NCBI GenBank assembly: GCA_030605515.1
Contig: JAUWIE010000063.1
Coordinates: 1 to 35,504 of the forward strand
DNA from: Thermoplasmatota archaeon
Lineage (GTDB): Archaea > Thermoplasmatota > E2 > DHVEG-1
DNA length: 35,504 nt
Reading direction: 5' to 3'
The position numbers and the translations under genes are program-made. Position 1 is the first letter of the stretch. Each line of letters begins with the position of its first letter. Shown one piece after another: positions 18,211-28,500 of the stretch. Below the pieces are notes generated by a model that was given only the letters and a program-made list of their open reading frames with translations, did not search any database and was not told where the DNA came from.

Positions 18211-20075
18211 AGAAGTTGTCAAACCCCAAAGAATTGGAGAAACTGAGAAAGACCATTCAAAACAGAAGGGACCCTAATAAACCAGTAGTTACCATCTGCG
18301 GTGGAACAGGATGTCAAGCTTCCGGATGTGAACATATAATCGAAACGTTCAAAAAGGAGATAATAAAGCAGAGTCTTCAGGAGAAGATCGATGTTCGAAT
18401 CACTGGATGTCATGGATTCTGTGAAAAAGGTCCACTCGTTGTCATATACCCAAGTAAAATTTTTTATCCAATGGTGAAATCAAAGGATGTTTCTAGAATC
18501 ATCTCGGAAACTGTGGTAAATAATAAAGTCATTGAGGAATTGCTTTATGTCGACCCTAGCTCAGGTGAAAGAATAACCTATGAGGATGATATACCATTCT
18601 ATAAAAAACAAACTAGAACAATCTTCGGTAGTAACGGCAAAATTGATCCAAAAAACATCGAGGACTATATTGCCATAAGCGGATACTCAGCTCTTGAAAA
18701 AGTTCTCCCTAGCATGAAACCCCAAGATGTTATAGATGAAGTAAAAAAATCAGGTCTTAGAGGTCGAGGTGGTGGCGGTTTCCGTACAGGTCAAAAATGG
18801 GAATCCTGCAGCAAAGCAAAGGGCAAACAGAAGTATATTATATGTAACGCTGACGAAGGCGATCCCGGTGCATACATGGACCGGAGCATCCTTGAAGGCA
18901 ATTCACACAGCGTGATTGAAGGTATGATCCTCGGTGCTTTTGCAATAGATTCTAATCATGGTTATATCTACGTAAGGGCTGAATACCCACTTGCGGTTAA
19001 GCATTTTTCAATCGCCTTAAATCAGGCAAGAAAACTTGGACTTTTAGGGAAAAATATACTGAACTCCGGTTTTGATTTCGATATCAAAATCTATCAAGGC
19101 GGGGGTGCATTTGTATGCGGCGAGTCATCAGCCCTCATTCAATCCATCGAGGGGAACGTCGGTGAGCCAAGAGCAAAACATATTCATGCAACTGAACGTG
19201 GTCTATGGGACTGCCCCACAGTAATTAACAACGTTGAAACCTGGGCTAATATTCCATTAATTATTAACAAAGGAGCTAAATGGTATGCTAGCATTGGAAC
19301 AGAAAAAAGCAAGGGAACAAAGATATTCTCTCTCGTTGGAAAAATAAATAACACGGGTCTGGTAGAAGTACCAATGGGTATGACCATCAAAGAAATCGTG
19401 TTTGATATCGGGGGTGGAATCCCTAATGACAAAGAGTTTAAAGCAATACAGACAGGAGGGCCATCTGGTGGATGCATACCGAGATCCCTTATGGACATGC
19501 CTATTGATTTTGACGAGTTGAAGCGCGCAGGTTCCATGATGGGTTCCGGTGGCATGATTGTGATGGATGAAGACACATGCATGGTTGATGTCGCCCGGTA
19601 CTTTATGGAATTCAATCTTGACGAATCATGCGGTAAATGTTCATCATGCAGAGAAGGCAACGCTCGGATGTTAGAAATATTAGAGGATATCTGCGTGGGG
19701 AAAGGCAATGAGAACTCTATACCATTGCTTGAAGAATTATCTGAATACATCAAGGAGACATCGCTTTGTGGACTTGGAAAAACTGCTCCCAATCCAGTGC
19801 TGACGACTTTGAAATATTTTAAAGATGAGTATCTCTCCCATATACAAAAAAAAGAATGCCCAGCTAAGGTATGTAAGCCTCTAATATTCTATGAGATAAA
19901 CTCGGAGGATTGTACCGGTTGCGGTATGTGTGCTAAAAAATGTCCAGTAAATGCTATAACTGGTGAAAAAAAGAAACCACACACCATAGACAAAGACATA
20001 TGCACGAAATGTGGGACATGTATAGCAACGTGCAAATTCAACGCCATACAAGTTAAAACAGGAGAGAAAAAGTGA
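18207..20075 (+). CDS. NuoF/HydB-like NAD(H)/FMN subunit with N-terminal thioredoxin-like [2Fe-2S] and C-terminal 2x[4Fe-4S] domains
   Basis: [63 protein letters not shown] and two terminal CxxCxxCxxxC motifs; ATGA overlap with the upstream gene. Confidence 0.93.
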   Translation: MKKLSNPKELEKLRKTIQNRRDPNKPVVTICGGTGCQASGCEHIIETFKKEIIKQSLQEKIDVRITGCHGFCEKGPLVVIYPSKIFYPMVKSKDVSRIISETVVNNKVIEELLYVDPSSGERITYEDDIPFYKKQTRTIFGSNGKIDPKNIEDYIAISGYSALEKVLPSMKPQDVIDEVKKSGLRGRGGGGFRTGQKWESCSKAKGKQKYIICNADEGDPGAYMDRSILEGNSHSVIEGMILGAFAIDSNHGYIYVRAEYPLAVKHFSIALNQARKLGLLGKNILNSGFDFDIKIYQGGGAFVCGESSALIQSIEGNVGEPRAKHIHATERGLWDCPTVINNVETWANIPLIINKGAKWYASIGTEKSKGTKIFSLVGKINNTGLVEVPMGMTIKEIVFDIGGGIPNDKEFKAIQTGGPSGGCIPRSLMDMPIDFDELKRAGSMMGSGGMIVMDEDTCMVDVARYFMEFNLDESCGKCSSCREGNARMLEILEDICVGKGNENSIPLLEELSEYIKETSLCGLGKTAPNPVLTTLKYFKDEYLSHIQKKECPAKVCKPLIFYEINSEDCTGCGMCAKKCPVNAITGEKKKPHTIDKDICTKCGTCIATCKFNAIQVKTGEKK

Positions 20076-23000
20076 ATACAGTTACAATAGAGATCAACGG
20101 ATCTAAGTATGAAACTGAAAAAGGAAAAACTGTTCTTGAAGTTGCTAATGAGAACAACATCGAAATACCTACTCTGTGCTATCACAAGGCTCTGAATCCC
20201 TATGGAGCCTGTAGACTATGTGTAGTGGAAATACTAAAAGACGGTTGGTCTGAGCTTACTACTTCATGCACGCTACCAGTAAATGATGGGTTGAGGGTAC
20301 AGACTGATTCTGAAAAAGTGGTTAAAAGCCGAAAGATGACAATTGAACTATTACTAGCACGTTGCCCAGAGGAAGAAGTATTACTCGAACTTGCAGAAGA
20401 ATATGGTATCGAGAAACCAAGATTCAAGAAAAAAGATGACAACTGCATTTTGTGCGGGCTTTGCGTAAGAATGTGTGAACGTATGGGGCCAAAAGCAATT
20501 AGTTTCATAAACCGAGGTTCTGATCGCAAGGTTAAACCACCATTTGAAGAACATTCTGAGGTATGTCAAACCTGTGGTGCTTGTGCATTTATTTGCCCTA
20601 CCAGTGCAATTAATCTTGAGGAAATCACAAAAAACAAACCAATCCCTATTCTCGATGAATTTGATATGGGTCTAAGAAAACGATCAGTGATGCATATTTC
20701 ATATCCTCAGGCCGTTCCAAACTGGCCGGTTATTGATTCTGAGCATTGCATCCATTTACAGACAGATCAATGCGGTATCTGCAAGGACTCTTGCGAAGCA
20801 GATGCTATTGACTATGACCAAAAGGAGCAAGAACTTGAGATTGATGTTGGCTCTGTTATTTTATCCCCAGGTTTTGAGGAATATACTCTGCCAAAGGGGG
20901 ATAGCTATGGATACCGTGTGTATCCAAATGTGTTGACAAGTATCGAGTTTGAACGTATTCTCTCTGCTTCTGGTCCTTATCAAGGGCATATTAAACGTAT
21001 TTCTGATGGTAAATCTCCTAAGAAAATTGCATGGTTGCAGTGCGTCGGCTCTCGTGACGAAAGCTGCGATAGAAAATATTGTTCTTCAGTTTGTTGTATG
21101 TATGCTACGAAAGAAGCGGTGATTGCAAAGGAGCATCAGCCAGATGTTGAATCCCATATTTATTTCATGGATATGCGTTCGTTTGGTAAGGATTTTGATA
21201 AATATTTTGCCCGAGCTCAAGATGAATATGGAGTAGTATACCGGCGGTGTCGCATTCCAAGGGTGGAGCAGGATAGAACAACGAAGAATCTCATCATTCG
21301 TTATGTTGACGAAGATGGAAGCCTTAAGAAAGAAACATATGATATGGTCGTGTTGTCTGTTGGACTACAGCCATGTAAAGCGCTGGGGAATCTGAGCAAG
21401 ATTCTTGATGTTAATCTAAATGAATATGGTTTTGTTGAGACTGATCCGTTCTCACCAGTTAATACCTCACAGAAAGGTATCTATGCATCAGGGACAGTTA
21501 CAGAGCCAAAGGATATTCCTGAGAGTGTTACGCAGGCTTCTGCAGCTGCAGCAGAGGCAGCAAAGAATATTTTTGAGGTTCGTGGGACAGAGATTACTGA
21601 AAAAGTGTATCCTAAGGAGAAGCAGGTAAGTGCTGAGTTCCCACGTATCGGTGTGTTTGTCTGTCATTGTGGAATCAACATTGCTGGTGTTGTTGATGTA
21701 AAACAGGTAGTTGAATATGCAAAGACGTTGCCGTACGTTGTGCATGCTGATGACAGCATCTTCACGTGTTCTCAGGACTCTCAGGAGATGATTAAGGAGA
21801 AGATACAGGAGTTTAATCTGAATCGTGTGGTAATTGCTTCTTGTACACCTCGGACGCATGAGCCATTGTTTCAGGATACCTTACGTGAGGCAGGTTTGAA
21901 TCCTCATCTTTTTGAGATGGCAAATATACGTGATCAGAATTCATGGGTGCATAAGAACGTTCCTCGGAGTGCAACGCAGAAGGCGATTGATGCAGTGAGG
22001 ATGGCAGTGTCAAAATCAACAGATTTGTATCCGGTTCATCATCTGAAGATCCCAGTTGTTCATAATGCACTGGTGATTGGTGGTGGTATCTCCGGTATGC
22101 AGTCTGCATTGTCTATTGCAGATCAAGGATATGAAGTGTTTCTTGTTGAGCGGGAACCCGTGCTTGGTGGTCATCTGAGAGATATCTATCTTGGTGTTAA
22201 CGGTGAGCAGCCGCAGGAACTATTGAAGGAGACTGTTGAAAAGGTGAATGGTCATTCGAGAATTCAGGTGTTTACGGGTACAACAGTTGAAGCTGTCTCA
22301 GGTTATGTTGGTAATTTTAAGACAAAGCTAACGTCAGAAGATAAAAAGGTACCTGCAGAGATAGAGCATGGTATTATTGTAGTGGCTTCTGGAGGGTTAC
22401 CGTATGAGCCAGTTGAGTATCAGTATGCAAAAAGTGATGAAATTGTTACGCAGACGGAGTTTGAAAAAGACTTGTTTGATGGTAAGTCTTATCTGAAGAA
22501 ACTCCAAGAAGTCGTGATGATCCAATGTGTCGGCTCACGGAATGATGAGCATCCGTATTGCAGTCGGGTGTGTTGTTCTCAGGCGTTGAAGAATGCGTTA
22601 AGGTTCAAAGAGATTAATCCAGATGCTACCGTGTATATCTTGTATCGAGATATTCGTACGTATGGTTTCCGTGAAGATGTTTTGTATCAGAAGGCACGGA
22701 AAAAAGGGATTTTGTTTGTGCGATATGACGAGAATGAAGAACCTGAGGTTAATATTGATAAGGGAAATATTACGGTTAAAACCTTTGAGCGGGTACTTCG
22801 TAGGCCGCTTCATCTACATCCGGATAAACTAGTGTTAAGCACAGGGATTATCCCAGCGGATAACATGGTATTAGCCAAACAGTTGAAGATTCCCTTAAAT
22901 GCTGATAATTTTTATGCTGAAGCACATGTGAAACTGCGCCCTGTTGATTTTTCAGCCGATGGCATCTTCTTGTGTGGTCTTGCACATTCACCGCGTTTTA

Positions 23001-23311
23001 TCGAGGAGTCGATATTGCAGGCGAAGGCTACTAGCGCCCGAGCAGCGACGATACTGTCAAAGGAATATTTGGAGACAAAGGGAAATATTGCCTATGTGAC
23101 CTCGCGGAACTGCGCGGGATGTAAACTATGTATTGAAGCATGTCCATATGATGCAATCACGTTTGATGAAGAGAAGAAAATTGTTGAGGTGAATGAAATT
23201 TTATGCCAGGGCTGTGGTGCATGTTCGGCAGTATGTCCAAGTGGTGTATCGCAGCAGAATACGTTTACGAAACGGCAGATTCTGTCGATGGTTGATGCTT
23301 GTTTGGAGTGA
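20072..23311 (+). CDS. Fusion: NuoG/HydA N-terminal Fe-S domains (aa ~1-191) joined to the remainder of a double-FAD HdrA
   Basis: IPTLCYH..GACRLC..TSC [2Fe-2S] and two [4Fe-4S] motifs, then [42 protein letters not shown], a second GGGISG FAD domain and C-terminal ferredoxin. Confidence 0.92.
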   Translation: MNTVTIEINGSKYETEKGKTVLEVANENNIEIPTLCYHKALNPYGACRLCVVEILKDGWSELTTSCTLPVNDGLRVQTDSEKVVKSRKMTIELLLARCPEEEVLLELAEEYGIEKPRFKKKDDNCILCGLCVRMCERMGPKAISFINRGSDRKVKPPFEEHSEVCQTCGACAFICPTSAINLEEITKNKPIPILDEFDMGLRKRSVMHISYPQAVPNWPVIDSEHCIHLQTDQCGICKDSCEADAIDYDQKEQELEIDVGSVILSPGFEEYTLPKGDSYGYRVYPNVLTSIEFERILSASGPYQGHIKRISDGKSPKKIAWLQCVGSRDESCDRKYCSSVCCMYATKEAVIAKEHQPDVESHIYFMDMRSFGKDFDKYFARAQDEYGVVYRRCRIPRVEQDRTTKNLIIRYVDEDGSLKKETYDMVVLSVGLQPCKALGNLSKILDVNLNEYGFVETDPFSPVNTSQKGIYASGTVTEPKDIPESVTQASAAAAEAAKNIFEVRGTEITEKVYPKEKQVSAEFPRIGVFVCHCGINIAGVVDVKQVVEYAKTLPYVVHADDSIFTCSQDSQEMIKEKIQEFNLNRVVIASCTPRTHEPLFQDTLREAGLNPHLFEMANIRDQNSWVHKNVPRSATQKAIDAVRMAVSKSTDLYPVHHLKIPVVHNALVIGGGISGMQSALSIADQGYEVFLVEREPVLGGHLRDIYLGVNGEQPQELLKETVEKVNGHSRIQVFTGTTVEAVSGYVGNFKTKLTSEDKKVPAEIEHGIIVVASGGLPYEPVEYQYAKSDEIVTQTEFEKDLFDGKSYLKKLQEVVMIQCVGSRNDEHPYCSRVCCSQALKNALRFKEINPDATVYILYRDIRTYGFREDVLYQKARKKGILFVRYDENEEPEVNIDKGNITVKTFERVLRRPLHLHPDKLVLSTGIIPADNMVLAKQLKIPLNADNFYAEAHVKLRPVDFSADGIFLCGLAHSPRFIEESILQAKATSARAATILSKEYLETKGNIAYVTSRNCAGCKLCIEACPYDAITFDEEKKIVEVNEILCQGCGACSAVCPSGVSQQNTFTKRQILSMVDACLE

Positions 23312-23318
23312 TAAAAAA

Positions 23319-23768
23319 ATGGTAGAAGAAAAAAAGGAGTCTAAAAAGAACGAATTTGAACCAAAAATTGTCGGTTTTCTCTGCAACTGGTGTAGCTATG
23401 CCGGTGCAGATCTTGCTGGGACAAGCCGTATTCAATATCCACCGAATGTTCGAATTATCCGTGTGATGTGTTCAGGGTCTGTGGATTCTGTATATATACT
23501 GCGTGCGTTGCTTGAGGGTGCTGATGGTGTGTTTGTTGGTGGCTGTCATCCTGGTGATTGTCATTATCTTGATGGGAATTATAAGGCTCGACGGCGGATG
23601 GTTTTACTTCGTGATATTTTGGATACGTTGGGTTTGGAACAAGAAAGGGTGTGGATTCGTTGGATTTCAGCATCCGAGGGGCAGCAGTTTGCAGAGACAA
23701 TGAGAGAGATGACTGAGGCGATTAGAAAGCTTGGTCCCACTCCTATTACAAAACAATGGAATATATGA
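23319..23768 (+). CDS. mvhD: MvhD/FlpD-like [2Fe-2S] protein (hydrogenase iron-sulfur delta subunit)
   Basis: FLCNWCSYAGADLAG, RVMCSG, GCHPGDCHY and WISASEG; true start at ATG 23319 after GGAGTGA. The track's upstream extension overlaps hdrA and is spurious. Confidence 0.93.
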   Translation: MVEEKKESKKNEFEPKIVGFLCNWCSYAGADLAGTSRIQYPPNVRIIRVMCSGSVDSVYILRALLEGADGVFVGGCHPGDCHYLDGNYKARRRMVLLRDILDTLGLEQERVWIRWISASEGQQFAETMREMTEAIRKLGPTPITKQWNI

Positions 23769-23783
23769 GGTATGGTGTAAAGT

Positions 23784-24902
23784 ATGACTGATAAAATCTT
23801 AAAAGTTAAAAATGGGGATGTTGCCGGTTCAGTTAACGAGTTTTTGAAAGAACTGTTGAAGTCAGGCAAGGTTCATGCGTTGTTGGTTATGCAGGAGGTT
23901 CCGTCGAAAAAGATATCGTTTCCTGTGTTAATTTCTGATCCGGGTCAGTTAAATGCAAATGTTTTTGCTCCTGTTTTGCCTGTGTCAACAGCATCGATTG
24001 TTTCAAAGATAACGAAGTTTCAAGCTGCAGAGAAGCTGGTTGGCGTAGTGATGCATCCATGTCAGATTCGTGCGCTAGTTGAGCTGGTAAAATTGAATCA
24101 AGCCAGCTTGGAGAATATCGTTATTATTGGAGTGGATTGTTTGGGTACCTTTCCATTGAATATCTACACTGATTTCCCTGAAAAGAAGATACCTACACAG
24201 TTTATACTTGATGCATTTAAAAACAAAAGTAAGGAGGCTGAGAAGTATCTGCGTTCGGCGTGTCTTGTATGTAAAGATCCAGTTCCCGTGAATGCTGATA
24301 TTGTCCTTGGACTGTATGGTGCTGATATAGGTAAAGAAGTTTTTGTTGAGGTTTGTACTGATGCTGGTAAAAAACTGCTTGATGGTATAAAGCTTGATAG
24401 TAAGGATGTGAAAGGTCGTGAGAATGCAGTAAAAGTTGTCCGTGAAGATAAGGCAAATAAGCGTGATGAGTTTGTTAAAAAGAAAAGTTCATTGAAGGGC
24501 ATTAAGGTGTTGTCTGAGTTTTTTGACAAGTGTGTAAATTGTCATAACTGTATGAAGGCGTGTCCGATTTGTTATTGTAAAGAATGTTTGTTTGATTCAT
24601 CCGTGTTCGATGCTGAGGCGTATAAGTTCCTTCGAAAGGCAGAGAGCAAGGGTTTGTTTAAGATGCCGAATGATTCCATTCTTTTCCATCTGGGACGGAT
24701 GAATCATATGATTCTTTCATGTGTAGAGTGTGGGCTGTGCGAGCAGGCATGTCCAAGTGATATTCTATTGATGGATGTGTTTATCCCTGCTGCTGAAAGT
24801 GCGCAGAAAGAGTTTGATTATCATCCAGGAAAAGATCCTGAGGAGAAGATCCCAATGGTTGTCTATCAAGAGGATGAGTATGTGGAAGTAGGGGAAGCAT
24901 AA
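23784..24902 (+). CDS. FdhB/FrhB-like iron-sulfur protein
   Basis: HPCQIRALVELVK..IIGVDCLG, RSACLVC, CVNCHNCMKACPICYCKEC, FHLGRMNH and CVECGLCEQACP. Confidence 0.8.
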   Translation: MTDKILKVKNGDVAGSVNEFLKELLKSGKVHALLVMQEVPSKKISFPVLISDPGQLNANVFAPVLPVSTASIVSKITKFQAAEKLVGVVMHPCQIRALVELVKLNQASLENIVIIGVDCLGTFPLNIYTDFPEKKIPTQFILDAFKNKSKEAEKYLRSACLVCKDPVPVNADIVLGLYGADIGKEVFVEVCTDAGKKLLDGIKLDSKDVKGRENAVKVVREDKANKRDEFVKKKSSLKGIKVLSEFFDKCVNCHNCMKACPICYCKECLFDSSVFDAEAYKFLRKAESKGLFKMPNDSILFHLGRMNHMILSCVECGLCEQACPSDILLMDVFIPAAESAQKEFDYHPGKDPEEKIPMVVYQEDEYVEVGEA

Positions 24903-24903
24903 T

Positions 24904-25563
24904 ATGGATGTGATTGACTCCCGTAAGGTCGACCAAAATTTCAAGTTTCAGATAGCTAGTGAAGAAGGTGGAGAGGGAATCTTGAAATGTTTTGCATGTG
25001 GGTCATGTACAGCGCGGTGTCCTGAGATGGATGTGAAACCTGAATGGAATCCTCGTGTAATTATCCGGAAGGCGTTGCTGGGTTTAAAAGAGGAGGTGTT
25101 GTCAAGTGAGTTTATTTGGATTTGCAGTGCGCATTACCGCTGTCTGGAAAAATGTCCCCAGGGCGTCAATGTCAAAGAGGTCATGAATGCGGTTCGTAAT
25201 GCACGACTACTTGAAGAACAAACTGAGGATGCAACAGGGAAAATTGCAAAGAAGGTGCTTGATCTTGATTTCAAATATAAGATTGTTACTGATGAGTCTG
25301 GGAAAGACTTGTATGAATGTTTTTCATGTGGGACATGCACAGCAGGTTGTCCAGAGCGAGAGCTTGATCCTTTATATTCACCGCGGAAAGTTATTAAAAA
25401 TGTGTTGCTGGGGATGAAGGATTCCGTGTTTTCTAATAAGTTTGTTGAGATTTGTTCAACACATCATCGGTGTTTTACACAGTGTCCGCAAGGCGTTGAG
25501 ATTCCAAAGTTGATGAATGCGATAAAAAAAATTGCAGAAAGAGAAGGATACAGGAGACCGTAG
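24904..25563 (+). CDS. Tandem-duplicated HdrC-like protein
   Basis: Two ~100-aa repeats, each with CFxCGxCTAxCP and CSxHxRCxxxCPQGV. Confidence 0.85.
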   Translation: MDVIDSRKVDQNFKFQIASEEGGEGILKCFACGSCTARCPEMDVKPEWNPRVIIRKALLGLKEEVLSSEFIWICSAHYRCLEKCPQGVNVKEVMNAVRNARLLEEQTEDATGKIAKKVLDLDFKYKIVTDESGKDLYECFSCGTCTAGCPERELDPLYSPRKVIKNVLLGMKDSVFSNKFVEICSTHHRCFTQCPQGVEIPKLMNAIKKIAEREGYRRP

Positions 25564-25570
25564 AATAGTT

Positions 25571-28500
25571 ATGGCGAAGAAATCTGAAATGGTTGGAGCA
25601 GTTGCTGTTGTCGGCGGTGGGATTGCTGGTGTGCAGTCATCACTTGATCTTGCAGATATGGGTTTTAAGGTTTATCTGTTGGAGAAGTCACCGGCGATTG
25701 GTGGGGTGATGGCTCAGCTGGATAAAACGTTTCCAACAAATGACTGTTCAATGTGTATATTATCCCCGAAGCTTGTTGATTGCGTACGTCATGCAAATAT
25801 CAAGTTATTTACAAATACGGAAGTGAAGAAAATTGAAGGGAAACCTGGAAACTTTGTTGTCAAGGCATTAAAGAAACCCAGGTATGTTGACTTGGAGAAA
25901 TGTACGTCATGTGGTGATTGTGAAGAGGTTTGTCCAATTAAACTTCCGAACACGTTTGAACAGGGACTGTCTGATCGGAAAGCAATCTATAAACTGTATC
26001 CTCAGGCGATTCCAAATGCATATGTAATTGATAAAGAGGGTGACGGGGAGCATCGTGGCTGCGTTGATTGTATGAAATGTGTGGATGCATGTAAGGTTGG
26101 TGCGATTAACCATGATGAGAAACCAGAGAACCTTAAGTTTGATGTCGGTGCGGTGATTGTTGCAGCTGGTTCTAAGCCGTTTAACCCAATAATTAAACCT
26201 GAGTTTGGGTACAAACAATATAAGAATGTGATGACAAGCATAGAGTTTGAACGAGTACTTTCAGCATCTGGCCCCTTTGAAGGAAAGGTTATACGTCCAA
26301 GTGATAAGAAGCCGCCAAAGAAAATCGCGTGGGTTCATTGCGTGGGATCTCGTGATAAATCTGTAGAACATGAATATTGCTCTTCGATGTGTTGTATGTA
26401 TACAGCAAAAGAGGCAGTAATTGCAAAAGAGCACGATGCAGATGTTGAGCCGACCGTGTTCTATATTGATGTTCGTTCGTTTGGTAAGGATTTTGATAAA
26501 TATATTGATCGGGCAAAAAAAGAGCATGGGTTACGATACGTTAGATCAAGGATTTCTGAGATAATGGAGGATCCAAAGACAGAGGATCTTGTTATAAGAT
26601 ATGAGGATGACTCAGGGGAGTTAAAAGAGGAGATGTTTAATCTTGTTGTGTTATCTGTTGGTCTTTGTATTGCTGAAGAACAGCGTGATGAGTTGATTGA
26701 GCAGTTAGGTTTTGAAGTAAATGAGTTTGGTTTTGTTCAAACATGTCCTGATGACCCGGTCGTATTGCGTCCTGGAGTTTTTGTCGCTGGTTCATTTCTG
26801 GAGCCGCAGGCGATCCCTGAGAGTGTGATGCAGGCTTCTGCTGCAGCGGCGAATGCTGCTGCATTGTTGAAGGATGCTAGAGGGACCCTAGTTAAAGAGA
26901 AGCAGTATCCAGCGGAGCGTGATGTTTCTGGTGAGAAACCACGGGTTGGTGTGTTTGTCTGTCATTGCGGCATTAACATAGGTGGATATGTTGATGTCCC
27001 AGCAGTTGTTAAATTTGCAGAATCTCTTGATGACGTAGTATATGCTGAGGCAAATTTGTATACGTGTTCTGAGGATACACAGAAGAGGATAGTTGATGCA
27101 ATTAAGAAACATAATTTGAATAGGATTATAGTAGCAGCATGTACACCACGAACACATGAGCCGTTGTTTCAGAAGAGTCTTCGTGAAGCAGGACTTAATC
27201 CTCATCTTTTTGAGATGACAAATATCCGTGAACAATGCTCATGGGTTCATATGGATAAGTTCAAGGATGCTACGGAGAAGGCGAAACAGCTGGTTGCAAT
27301 GACTGTTGCAAAAACCCGTTTTCTACAGCCGATTCAGGAAGCAGAAATTCCAGTTATACAAAAAGCATTGGTTATAGGTGGTGGGATTGCTGGTATGACC
27401 GCTGCTTTGTCACTTGCGGATCAGGGTTATGAAACAGTACTCGTTGAAAAAGAACCAGTACTTGGTGGCTATCTAAACAAAGTGTATTATACAGTTGATG
27501 GTGTCGACATCGATCAGCTACTGAAGAAGACGGTGGAGAAAGTTCAGAACCATAATCTCATAAAAGTGTATACAGGTTCATCACTGGAGAGTCTGAAAGG
27601 GTATGTTGGGAGTTATGAGTCTGAGATTAAAACATCAAAAGGAACAGTAAAGTTTAGCCATGGTGTGGTTGTTGTTACAGTTGGCGCTAGTGAATATAAA
27701 CCAAATTCGTATCTTTACGGTAAAAATCTGCAGGTGCTGACACAGTTGGAATTGGAAAAAAAACTGAGTGACTGCCAGCAGGATGATATCCATGATGGCG
27801 ATACGTTTGTGATGATTCAGTGTGTTGAGTCACGAGATGAAAAAAGACCTTATTGCAGCCGTATCTGTTGCATGCAAGCAGTGAAAAATGCGATCAGAAT
27901 TAAAGAATTAAGCCCGAAGGCTGAAGTTTTTGTGTTGTATCGTGACTTAATGACATATGGGTTTAAAGAGAAATTCTATAAGGATGCCCGGATGAAGGGT
28001 GTGATGTTTCTACAGTATGATGCAGAAAAAAAACCTATAGTTGATACAAAAGATGGGTTGATGGTTAAGTTTTTTGAGCCGATGCTTCAAAAAAAGTTGG
28101 AGATACCAACAGATACGCTCGTGCTTTCTACTGGTTTGCAGCCTAATCTTGATAACCTAGTTATTGCGCAGATGTTGAAGGTACCGATGAATGATGATGG
28201 GTTCTTTTTAGAGGCACATGTGAAACTACGACCTGTTGATTTCTCCACTCGTGGGGTGTTTGTCGCAGGAAACTGTCATACACCAAAGTTTATTTCTGAG
28301 TCGATCTATCAGGCACAGGCAGCTGCAGCACGTGCGGCGACAATTCTTGCGCAGCCGAAGCTTACAGCAGAGCCAAATATTGCAGTTGTTGATGAAGATC
28401 TTTGTTGTGGCTGTAAGACATGTATTGCAGTATGTCCATATAACGCAATTGACTTGACAGAAGATATAAAAAATGGTAATGTTTCAAACATAAATGAGGG

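Noticed and set aside
15369..27250. Recurring near-identical DNA stretches (e.g. GGTGTGTTTGTCTG, CAGCTTGATAAAACGTT)
   Set aside because: They encode conserved motifs of paralogous HdrA domains; they are not a repeat array or CRISPR.
9835..28491. Many antisense or alternate-frame ORFs in the track (e.g. 9835-10446, 19184-19792, 24164-24529)
   Set aside because: Shadow ORFs overlapping well-supported genes, with no motifs.
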